The notes below the pieces were generated by a model. It worked only from the letters and a program-made list of their open reading frames with translations. It searched no databases and had not been told where the DNA came from. A DNA stretch of 64,000 nt, taken from the NCBI GenBank assembly GCA_965644265.1, contig OZ286472.1:44826001-44890000 (forward strand), written 5' to 3'. The position numbers were made by a program, and so were the translations under genes. Source of the DNA: Glycera tridactyla (Eukaryota). Shown one piece after another: positions 1-9,380 of this stretch; position 1 is the first letter of the stretch; each line of letters opens with the position of its first letter.

Positions 1-102
1 TCTACCACCTTTGACATTGCCGGATGAAGAAGAGGGGGATTTCCGATTTCTCACCATTGATCGTGGTGTTGGTGCACCACCAGTATGATCTTGTCTAACC
101 GT
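1..102 (-). CDS. Candidate downstream exon of the large zinc-finger/low-complexity protein (runs off the window edge)
   Basis: Minus-strand acceptor tttttatctatcttgtttcag ends at 103. The phase-0 frame is open to position 1 (TVRQDHTGGAPTPRSMVRNRKSPSSSSGNVKGGR) and matches the phase-0 donor AAG|GTATAT after HHK at 1554 (copy at 446). The donor is weak. Confidence 0.4.
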
Positions 103-271
103 CTGAAACAAGATAGATAAAAAACTCATATATTTTCATGGAGATACACACCAAAGGGGTCTTCAGAAAAATAAGCTAAAGTACCAGTGCACATACGACA
201 ATACGCCACATTTTCACCGGCGTCTATCTGTGCTACAAAACTTGAGAATTAGGCGAGCATCAATTTCAAAT

Positions 272-1510
272 TCAGACTATGATAATTGGATTGAAAAACC
301 CTATCACTACTGCATTCAATGAATGAAAACTTGAATGAGGTGATGATATATGAGAATGAAGTATCATCAGCTGAGAATTCCATATTGATATATCTAAATT
401 TGAGTCTATATTCATACTGATCAAGTAGATTTCAGGAATATATACCTTATGGTGTTGTTGCACATGGTCATAGATGTCTTGTAAGCACGAGAAATCGGAT
501 TTCACAACCCCTTCTTCACCGGTCTCATTTGAACTACATATTCGGCATAAAAATGAAATAAGAGGGCGATCAGATGTTTGCATAGCATCATGAGTGATCT
601 GTTCAGTACCTAAGTCGTTATTCACACCCGTGTCATCACCATATATATCAATGTTATTACAATCGTCGTTATTTTCTTGAGATTCAGATGATGATTCATA
701 CTCATCATCAGCATCGTTTCCACTATCGTTTTCTTCGTCACAACCGTCGCTAGGATCATCGTCGGAGTCAGAGTCGTTATTGTCAGAATTAGTATCACTG
801 TTATTGTCATCACCACCGCTATTATCGTCGTCACCGTTGTAATTGTCATCAGCACATGTGCTATTATCGTCGTCAGTGGAGTTATCATCACTATCATTAT
901 CGTTGTCATCGTCGTCGGTGTTATCGTCCTTGTCATCCTGATGAATATCGTCGTCATGGCTGTCATTGTCACTATCATCGTAATTATCGTTGATATTGCT
1001 GTTATCATCGTTGGGTTGCACATCAGAGACATCATGACCACCAGATTCATGCTCATCAGTGCTGAGGTCCTTACCAGTTTTTTTATCATCATTGATGTCG
1101 GTGGCTGATCTTTGATTGTCATCGCCACCACTCATCTCACTATCACAATCATCCCAGTCAAAAATGGGGCCATCACTCTGATCCGATTCACAGCAATTAT
1201 TAGGTGATACCCCCTTGTCATCTTCAGCAGTCATTCTACCTTTCTCATCAGAAGATTTCTCATCAGAGGAATCTATATGAATTATGTCGATCTTATTAGA
1301 TGAGTCTGATATAACCTCTCTGCTCACATCATCTTTTCTAATCACTAAGGTCTCAGACTTCTTCACTTTTGATGAATCACTTTTGATGACATGACTTTCA
1401 GAATGTAATGATGAGAGAGATGGTCTACTTTTTTCATCCTCAGAGAAGGATGATTCTGATAGAGTGGCGCAACCTAGTGAATTATCACTCGATACACCAT
1501 CAAATACTTG
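272..1510 (-). pseudogene. Duplicated 3' part of the large ORF (no acceptor or start of its own)
   Basis: ORF 272..1366 matches residues KKSETLVIRK...NIDS of ORF 1500..4334; it is the second copy of the 1108-bp tandem duplication. Confidence 0.75.
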
Positions 1511-2618
1511 AGTCTATATTCATACTGATCAAGTAGATTTCAGGAATATATACCTTATGGTGTTGTTGCACATGGTCATAGATGTCTTGTAAGCACGAGA
1601 AATCGGATTTCACAACCCCTTCTTCACCGGTCTCATTTGAACTACATATTCGGCATAAAAATGAAATAAGAGGGCGATCAGATGTTTGCATAGCATCATG
1701 AGTGATCTGTTCAGTACCTAAGTCGTTATTCACACCCGTGTCATCACCATATATATCAATGTTATTACAATCGTCGTTATTTTCTTGAGATTCAGATGAT
1801 GATTCATACTCATCATCAGCATCGTTTCCACTATCGTTTTCTTCGTCACAACCGTCGCTAGGATCATCGTCGGAGTCAGAGTCGTTATTGTCAGAATTAG
1901 TATCACTGTTATTGTCATCACCACCGCTATTATCGTCGTCACCGTTGTAATTGTCATCAGCACATGTGCTATTATCGTCGTCAGTGGAGTTATCATCACT
2001 ATCATTATCGTTGTCATCGTCGTCGGTGTTATCGTCCTTGTCATCCTGATGAATATCGTCGTCATGGCTGTCATTGTCACTATCATCGTAATTATCGTTG
2101 ATATTGCTGTTATCATCGTTGGGTTGCACATCAGAGACATCATGACCACCAGATTCATGCTCATCAGTGCTGAGGTCCTTACCAGTTTTTTTATCATCAT
2201 TGATGTCGGTGGCTGATCTTTGATTGTCATCGCCACCACTCATCTCACTATCACAATCATCCCAGTCAAAAATGGGGCCATCACTCTGATCCGATTCACA
2301 GCAATTATTAGGTGATACCCCCTTGTCATCTTCAGCAGTCATTCTACCTTTCTCATCAGAAGATTTCTCATCAGAGGAATCTATATGAATTATGTCGATC
2401 TTATTAGATGAGTCTGATATAACCTCTCTGCTCACATCATCTTTTCTAATCACTAAGGTCTCAGACTTCTTCACTTTTGATGAATCACTTTTGATGACAT
2501 GACTTTCAGAATGTAATGATGAGAGAGATGGTCTACTTTTTTCATCCTCAGAGAAGGATGATTCTGATAGAGTGGCACAACCTAGTGAATTATCACTCGA
2601 TACACCATCAAATACTTG
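400..2618. repeat. Near-perfect 1108-bp tandem duplication
   Basis: 400-1510 equals 1508-2618 at offset 1108, with TTG microhomology at 400-402, 1508-1510 and 2616-2618. I noticed one mismatch (G1469 vs A2577). Confidence 0.95.
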
Positions 2619-4230
2619 GAACAAATTCCTACAGATTGGAACTTTCACCCTTCTGGGTGTGTCTTTGACAGCCTTTACTGGATTACTATCCACAAAAGAT
2701 TTACCGAGCTGTAACCTGCTTATCTGGAAAGGGTTCTGCTTAAGAACTTTGGCTGAAGCTGGCGGGTTACATGAACCAGTCCGGATAGGTGGTGGTTTAT
2801 AATTCACTTTTTTAGTGAAATCACCAGGTTTTGGTAATTTTGAAAAATAATCACAGCTCGATGTCACAGTGGTGACCGATGACTGTTCGGGTACAGTTAG
2901 TACCGATGATGAGACACACTGATGTGATGATGAAGTCACCAAAGATGTAGATACCTGAGATAATTTCACATGTGACACAGGAGTGTTGATATATAATAAA
3001 GCACTTGACGAAGGCAGTTGTAATGACACTCTCGATGCTTCTGTCACAGATGGTACCACTTTCGAAATATAAACCAGAGAGGGTTGTGAATCACTTGACA
3101 TCTTCACAGTTGACACCTGTGATAGAGAAGTGTGAACAGGGGAAGTATCCAATAGATGTGGATTGGAATGTGAATACCGTGTTGATGAAATTGAGTCTTT
3201 GTGACTCAAACTCACATCTTGACTAACAGATTTGCCTGTACATTTTGTGACAGAAGGTGATAAATTTGGTGATTCTAATGACATTGAAGATATGTCAGGT
3301 AATGCCAAAGGGGTAGGATATCCATAGGATGAACCAGAACATTCATTTAAAGACTGTATTCCAGCCAATGCTTCTGCAAACACATCACTTAATGGAGTGG
3401 AGGAATCATTACCTATGTCAGCTCGACGCTGATTCGGTGGCTTGTGTTGTGGTTGGGCCCTACGTGTAATCGGCTGGTGTTGTGGTGGCATAGGCCGCAG
3501 CTGTGGTGGGTTGGTGGACCCCTTCTCAAGCTTCCTAGTCTTGTTCTGCTCAGGTGGCTCATGCAGATCAACTCCGACACGCTTCTTCCCAGTTGAGAGC
3601 TTTGATGTGAAAGAACTTGTTCTACGAAGTTCTTTCTCCTGAAATTTTACAACATTATCACTGGTCTTTGTAGGCATGCTTTTCTTTGGAGCTGATGAAA
3701 GTAGTGGTAACTTAAACTCGACACTCTTACTGGGTGCATTATAACCAAATTTGACCGATCCCCCTCTGGTATCATCCAAAACCGGGTCAATTTTACTTTT
3801 GTCCTTACTACTATCTGATCCGGAAATTGGGATGGTCGATTGTTTGGAATTTTTGATCTGAGAATCAGATTTACGGGTGTTTGATCTAGACAAAATGGGA
3901 GGTAATACCAATTTTGGCAATGATTTAGAGGCACCCTTACCACCCTTTCGGTTCGAAATCTTAATGCCTGTTTTCAAAGTCTTCCCAACAGGGAGACCAG
4001 CAACCTTTGCTTGTGCTGTGGGCTTCTTATCATTCTTGGACGGCTTTGAGCTTTTTCCCGATACTCCCTTGTGTGATGAATTCCTAGCAGCAGCTGGTTG
4101 AACCATGGATAGGAACTGGCTCACTCGAGGGTGTTCAGGCGTCGTCACGGATGTGAGTTGAGAAGAGAGCGCCGTGTGCATTTCGTCACCGAACACGGAG
4201 ATGGCACGCACAAGTCCACGACACAAAACA
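1554..4230 (-). CDS. Large exon: Ser/Lys/Pro-rich disordered region, Asp/Asn-rich tract and C2H2-like zinc finger; function unknown, TE/virus-like context
   Basis: Lies within open frame 1500..4334. Acceptor acttctgtctcattccag|T at 4231 is phase 2, matching the CCAC|GTAAGT donor at 4692/4691. Contains motif CRIC-x23-HVQQH. Candidate donor AAG|GTATAT at 1554/1553. Confidence 0.7.
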
Positions 4231-4691
4231 CTGGAATGAGACAGAAGTATTTCTACCCTAAATACGTGAGTATTATGGTATGTACGAATGACAGAACACG
4301 GAATTCCTATACTCACCACAAAATTCACATTCATTCAGAATGTAATAGACACACATCTTATCAGTCAATCTATTCAATATGATAAGATATCTCCCTATGA
4401 TACACGGGAGATACAGCGATACGACCTTATAAAATACAAATTGGTGAATACGGAATATACTTGAGATTGTGACAGTTGAGTGAACACATATGGTTCAAGT
4501 ACCTTCTAAAATACAAACTCAGGGAATTTCATCAATGTCATTCACAAGATTCTCCATAGGTGTCACTTTTACTATAATTTTACCACAAGTATTGACTTCA
4601 ACTTTGCCTCTGTATAGAATTAATAGGGTTAAAATAATATGATGACCACCTCCTGTAGTAAAGAAAGATTATCAAGATATAATGAACTTAC

Positions 4692-4899
4692 GTGGCAAAG
4701 AAATTGCGCTCTTCCTGATTACTTTTTTTCTGCCGTCTCTTAGGTTGTACTGGTTTAGTGATCTCATCAGTTTCAGACTCAGTGGAAGATATGTCCATCG
4801 CTGTAGGTTGGTGTTCCCCAGGTGGGTTTGTTTCATCACAGGCTAGGTCTATCATTTCATTGATATAGGCCTCTGATATTGGTATTGCATCATGCACAT
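4692..4899 (-). CDS. Alternative exon D (internal; links the leader exon to the large exon)
   Basis: Acceptor tatactttttccag|AT (phase 1) and donor CCAC|GTAAGT (phase 2); open frame DVHDAIPISEAY...RNFFAT. Confidence 0.6.
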
Positions 4900-4939
4900 C
4901 TGGAAAAAGTATACAATATCTCGGTGATAATTGCACCGT

Positions 4940-5424
4940 CTAAGCATACTGCTCACTCAGCAATACCGCAGGGAGATCATATGGTCGTGAGTGAAATCGT
5001 GCATAAGCTTCCAAATTAGATTGTAGACACTCATGATCAGATTCTATGATGTCAAACAACATCCGGTGTTCAAGATCCCTGATTTGATTCAATGTAATAT
5101 AATCATAATATTGTGACAAGTCCCCGATATGAAGCTCGAGCTGAATCATAGCCAAAATATACTGTTGTGTGAATTGTCTGTGAGTCGAATGCCGATTGCA
5201 CTGAAATCCAGTCCCAAAGTCACAAGTGCAATTGAATATATCTAAATAATAGCCATTCCAATATTGAATGACCGCCATATAAACGTATTGATGTGGTTGT
5301 CTCTGTCTGTTGATAAGATGATCAATATGAACCATCTCATGAATAATGTTTGCAATCTCTTCATATAAGCATGAATAGGTTGATTCAGTCAATATTTCCA
5401 AAACTTCTTGTGGTATGATGAATT
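4940..5424 (-). CDS. Alternative terminal exon C (201-aa product with leader), orphan protein
   Basis: Acceptor ccctctttcaccccttctttgtag|AA (phase 1), with a CTAAC branch-like motif overlapping the previous stop. In frame with ORF 4940..5401. Confidence 0.6.
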
Positions 5425-5467
5425 CTACAAAGAAGGGGTGAAAGAGGGATATTTCACCATTAAAATG

Positions 5468-6015
5468 TTAGAATTCACTCGAATCCTCACTGAATTCACC
5501 AGATTCATCTGAAGATTCATCCTCATCATCAAAGACACATTCATACAGTCCCATTCGAACTTCACGATACCAGAAGAATGTAGCATCGGTCAGACACCTC
5601 CATACAACATTCCGCAACAATTCCTGCAGATGGTCACCCTTGTATATTTCATTCACTTCTGGGAACATTTTGTGATCACTGGTTGCCATATCTTGTGCTA
5701 TGAATCTCGTCAAATATTCGATAGCAGTGTTGGGATGTTTAGAATACAGTTCGCCAAAAAGAGTGGCAAACGGATACACAGCATCATACATGTCCTCATT
5801 CAATGCTGATTTGATTCCCTCCTCAACACATGAGTACCCTTTAGGAGGTATTCCAGCATCCTGCCATCTTTTCCTGGCAGACCTCACATGATCTTCAAGT
5901 TCCCTCACTATGAAGATGTACCAGTGGTTGATAATAAATTCTATCTCCACATGTTCGGAAGCAGGCAACAGTCTGAGAAAGCGCAAGGATTCCTCTGATT
6001 GTGTATTACGGTCAT
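5468..6015 (-). CDS. Alternative terminal exon B (222-aa product with leader), orphan protein with acidic C-terminus
   Basis: Acceptor tatcttttctcgttacttgtag|AT (phase 1); in frame with ORF 5468..5986. Confidence 0.65.
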
Positions 6016-6079
6016 CTACAAGTAACGAGAAAAGATATTGTCTAAGCTAATATGCATATGAAATCTATCACATGCATAT

Positions 6080-6116
6080 TCAATCATTTTCATATTCTCT
6101 CACACCTGCACACACA

Positions 6117-6190
<74 letters not shown>

Positions 6191-6351
6191 TACGCACACG
6201 CTAAAACAACACGTAGTGTCATTCACTAATCTTTCGGGTAGCGCTCGCTGTACCGAGAATTCCCTTATATGGAGAATGTCGAGGAGACCAACTAGGTCAC
6301 GATTGAAAGACATATCACAAGCTGTTCTCAGGCTAACGGATATAACTTCAG
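6080..6351 (-). CDS. Candidate alternative terminal exon A (130-aa product with leader), includes (TG)n-encoded Cys-Val tract
   Basis: Acceptor ttgactcatactctctctcag|CT (phase 1); in frame with ORF 6080..6418. Part of the openness is explained by the microsatellite. Confidence 0.4.
6109..6200. repeat. (CA)n microsatellite
   Basis: Direct inspection. Confidence 0.95.
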
Positions 6352-7305
6352 CTGAGAGAGAGTATGAGTCAATTTTCAGTTTTTGTACTTGAATCAGGTC
6401 AACGGATAATATATACATCTACATCATGCAAGTGCCATTACTCAGAGATCACAATCATTGCAAGAAAAACGAGATATCACAGCGGGGATATCGGTGAATA
6501 TCTGATTGGATCAGCAGACACCCGATATATCGAGGACTGGCAAAATCTGACCAGGGAGACTCTACGGATATCAAATCATGTCATCCCCATACTAAGGTAA
6601 GATTTATGAACCACCTAATAAAACTCAAGACAGATTCTATGAAATTCCACTCGAAAACAGATATACGAAACGTCATCCACACGCTCACTCTCAGACACGC
6701 ATACACACATCCACACTCACACCCACACATACACGTGCACTTGTACATGTCCGCTTCATCAGTGACACACATTCATAATATACCGACATCATCCAGACAT
6801 ATGTGTCAGATGACAAATAACTTCATACTGTCACATTGGAATGTCTAGTCTACACTCTGGTACCCCCAATTCAACCGATCCAAAACAAACCGCATTTACC
6901 ACAACCAAAAAAAATCATGTGAAATCAGATTATCATCTGTTATTCCCGGGAAAAAACATTTCAAAGACATCTCGCTGTCCACAAGATCCATGATCTCACA
7001 ATTATCTTATTTTGGAAGGCATACCAGTGCAAATCAACTGAATCCCGGTTGAATGAAAAGTGAATGGATGGTTAATTGGTTGGTTGGTTGGTTGGTCGGA
7101 TGATTGGCCGAATGTGGATTTTCAACGTCGACTCAATCCGCGGAATATATCAGGATGCACGTTTCAAAGGGAGTGGATTGGGATCTGCTTGAATAATCGC
7201 ATCATGCTCACGTCCAATAATAGCTCTCAATGAGTAGGGATGAGATGAATATATTCACATCACCACTCATATGAGTGAAATAAAAATGGAAAATATTTAT
7301 CCTAC

Positions 7306-7426
7306 CTGTCTCAGACGACGCTGTGACTCCTACAGCACCTTCGGAAGGCTCAAATGATCCCGACGGAGAAGGGTCCAACGCCTGATGATCCTCTTCGGTT
7401 GGTGAAGCTGGTGCCTGGGACGCCAT
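7306..7426 (-). CDS. Common leader exon (MASQAPASPTEEDHQ...VTASSET, 40 codons + 1 nt)
   Basis: gtaATGG start at 7426; donor ACAG|GTAGGA at 7306/7305 is phase 1, followed by AT-rich intron-like sequence. Confidence 0.6.
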
Positions 7427-7675
7427 TACTAGAGATGCTGGGATGGTCGATATTCTGGAGGTGTGATGGAGATCCAGAAAAATACATTCCATCGTACACA
7501 CAAGTATGGTCACAGATGTTGATGATATGCATTGAGTCTTCAAGGGATAGACCCAGTATTCTCTTTCAGCATCAGATTAAAATAAGATATATATTCATTG
7601 ATTCACATCCACAATACCAACCCAACCATCATCTCTACTACTTTGAATTTTTGGACACATCAGATGTACCCCCCG

Positions 7676-7790
7676 CTATATATGACAATATTTCAAAATT
7701 TCAGCTGGTCACGTGACCAGTCAAGTGGCCAATCACATGACCAGAAATTAATCACGTGACGTGTCACGTGACCATATTTCCAATATATAA
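7676..7790. promoter_or_regulatory. Bidirectional promoter-like module: divergent TATA boxes around an E-box/CCAAT cluster
   Basis: Minus TATATAG 7682-7676; palindrome CTGGTCACGTGACCAG 7705-7720; CACGTG at 7753 and 7765; CACATG 7734; CCAAT 7729 and 7780; plus TATATAA 7784-7790, followed by Inr-like TCAGTC about 25 nt later. Confidence 0.55.
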
Positions 7791-7794
7791 GGAG

Positions 7795-8255
7795 GAATCA
7801 TAGATTGGAGCTCAGTCAGTCTCAGACAGCCGGAGAAGACACTGACAAAAACACCGCCAGGATGTGCAACTAGCGTCAACACATTCCCAGATGACAGCCG
7901 CACACAGGAATCACCTGCCACAACAACTCTCCATACAGGCACCATACGGTACGAGTATAGCGGGGTCATCTAGTGAACTCCGCCATAACACTGCATCACC
8001 AAGCCAGACGACGCCTTACACGGGAAACACCTGCCACCATATGGTACCATACGGACTCCATACGGTACGAGTATAGCGGGTTTGACTAGGGAACGCCGCC
8101 ATATCATTGCCAGGACAACATACAGCTACCACCATACCTGTACCAGATCTTGTAAGGTAGAATAACAACGGGAAGCCTCGTTCCTGCCTCAATTTATGGC
8201 GGGAACGAGGCTTCCCGCTATAAAGGCCGCCCTATATACCCCCCATACTACTGTC
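7795..8255 (-). mobile_element. Terminal-repeat region of a Ngaro/DIRS-like tyrosine-recombinase retroelement (relic)
   Basis: ~116-bp degenerate internal repeats (CCATACGGTACGAGTATAGCGGG at 7942 and 8058), a long hairpin, and the string CTTGTAAGGTAGAATAA...GCCTCAATTTATGGC...TATAAAGGCCGCC, which I recall from termini of invertebrate DIRS/Ngaro-type elements. Family assignment is from memory and not searched. Confidence 0.45.
8169..8217. other. Perfect hairpin: 16-bp stem + T.G + 3 bp, 9-nt loop
   Basis: CGGGAAGCCTCGTTCC (8169-8184) is the exact reverse complement of GGAACGAGGCTTCCCG (8202-8217); inner GCC/GGC pair; loop TCAATTTAT. Confidence 0.95.
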
Positions 8256-8339
8256 CATTTCTGTGATGTATACTGGAATTTACATAGACAAACTGTACTC
8301 TTCAGATTTGTTCCCTGATGGGCTGAAAATGAAACTGAT

Positions 8340-8660
8340 CTCGGTAGTATCTGAGAATATCTCACTCGAGGTAGTATCTGAGAATATCTCACTCGGTGCA
8401 TGACCTAACGCCCATACCTAAACAAGAGCGACTGATATTGGGGCACCAAAGAGTAACAACCCAGCACCATCTCAGCAGCCACCGCAGTGATATTTTTGTG
8501 TTCATCCATATGTTACACAACACGAGCGGAGTGAACGACCTTGAGCTTCCCCGTCAAAGACGCAGGTTGGTGCAGGGTGTGGAGACTCCCGTTTCATCCG
8601 GTACCCTGAAAGACTTCATCTGCTTGCACTGTGGAATCAACATGATAGCTCGAGCCAATA
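8340..8660 (-). pseudogene. Degenerate SGNH/GDSL-hydrolase-like ORF relic
   Basis: Across frameshifts, IGSS (8659-8648), HCGG (8489-8478) and YSQILPR (8386-8366) occur in the order and approximate spacing of the hydrolase ORF carried by some Ngaro elements. The intervening sequence is unalignable by eye. Confidence 0.35.
8343..8395. repeat. 27-bp-period tandem duplication containing palindrome TGAGAATATCTCA
   Basis: GGTAGTATCTGAGAATATCTCACTCG at 8343-8368 and 8370-8395. Confidence 0.95.
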
Positions 8661-8989
8661 CAATGATGGGCATACCCTATGCAATACCACCCATCTAGTT
8701 GAGTGGGACTTTCTAGAGGTAATCGTCTTCTAGGCCGTTCCTGTGACGCAAACAATGGAATGAACATGCTCCATATCCTTGAATGAGGCGGGGCAAGTTT
8801 CACTTGCAGTCTCTCGTTCGCGGTAGATTATGGGATGGGGTTGCGATCGGCCAAGACCGGTATCGTGTCGTAGACTCTCTTGCGAAGACAAATTGACTAG
8901 GTCGTTTTTTCCTTGCCAATCAATCTTGACAAATCATCTTGACACAAGATGCGTGGGTATCAATATGTTTATTCAAGTTACGTCAGGTG

Positions 8990-9050
8990 TGCAACGGTGT
9001 GTCTGAACTGCCAGCTACTTCCGCTTGGCGACCTTTATATCCCCATTATC
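8990..9050. repeat. Interspersed repeat family B fragment
   Basis: GTGTGTCTGAACTGCCAGCTACTTCC...GACCT matches 32090-32135 and 21228-21260. Confidence 0.7.
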
Positions 9051-9194
9051 TTTTGTTCATGATTGGTGAGAATGGTATTCGCAGGTAGCACAGCATCCAG
9101 CCTTCATAAATAAGAAACACACGGTATATATCACACGTTGGGTTGGTGCCAAGCAGCAACATACGAGCTATGTTTACGTCAGCTACACCGAACA

Positions 9195-9380
9195 GAATCG
9201 AGGTACATTCGCTAATCCCTCATCTACTTCATAATTTTTCATCAATTTTCGCCTTCCCTTGCGTAACCAGGGGGCAGAGTCTTGAACCCACCCATGTTCA
9301 TTGCAGGTGCATCACAGTATAGCACAAAGGACGCTGGCCTGACGTCAAATCAGAACAAACCAAACTTCCTCTACTTTGGA
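9195..9380 (+). mobile_element. SINE-like repeat family A, 3' part
   Basis: Reverse complement matches 20925-21070, 51215-51370 and 51725-51895. Ends in GACGTCAAATCAGAACAAACCAAAC, a typical SINE-type simple-repeat tail. Confidence 0.6.

Noticed and set aside
1780-2160. Asp-rich tract as a biomineralisation (Aspein-like) protein
   Set aside because: No signal peptide; it is embedded in a Lys/Ser-rich protein with a zinc finger, which fits an intracellular protein better.
622-2239. Thr/Met/Ile-rich ORFs 622..1131 and 1730..2239
   Set aside because: Alternate-frame shadows of the GAT/GAC/AAT-rich Asp/Asn tract.
4316-4653. Further minus-strand splice-like sites (acceptors near 4653, 4510 and 4427; donor GTGAGT at 4316)
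   Set aside because: In phase 1 they hit stops within 4-20 codons, and the 4316 donor has an in-frame stop just upstream, so they were not counted in the cassette. They may be relic or UTR sites.
6581-6936. Possible fifth phase-1 exon from the acceptor at 6937, in frame with ORF 6581..6772
   Set aside because: Four stops in 54 codons and a poor pyrimidine tract.
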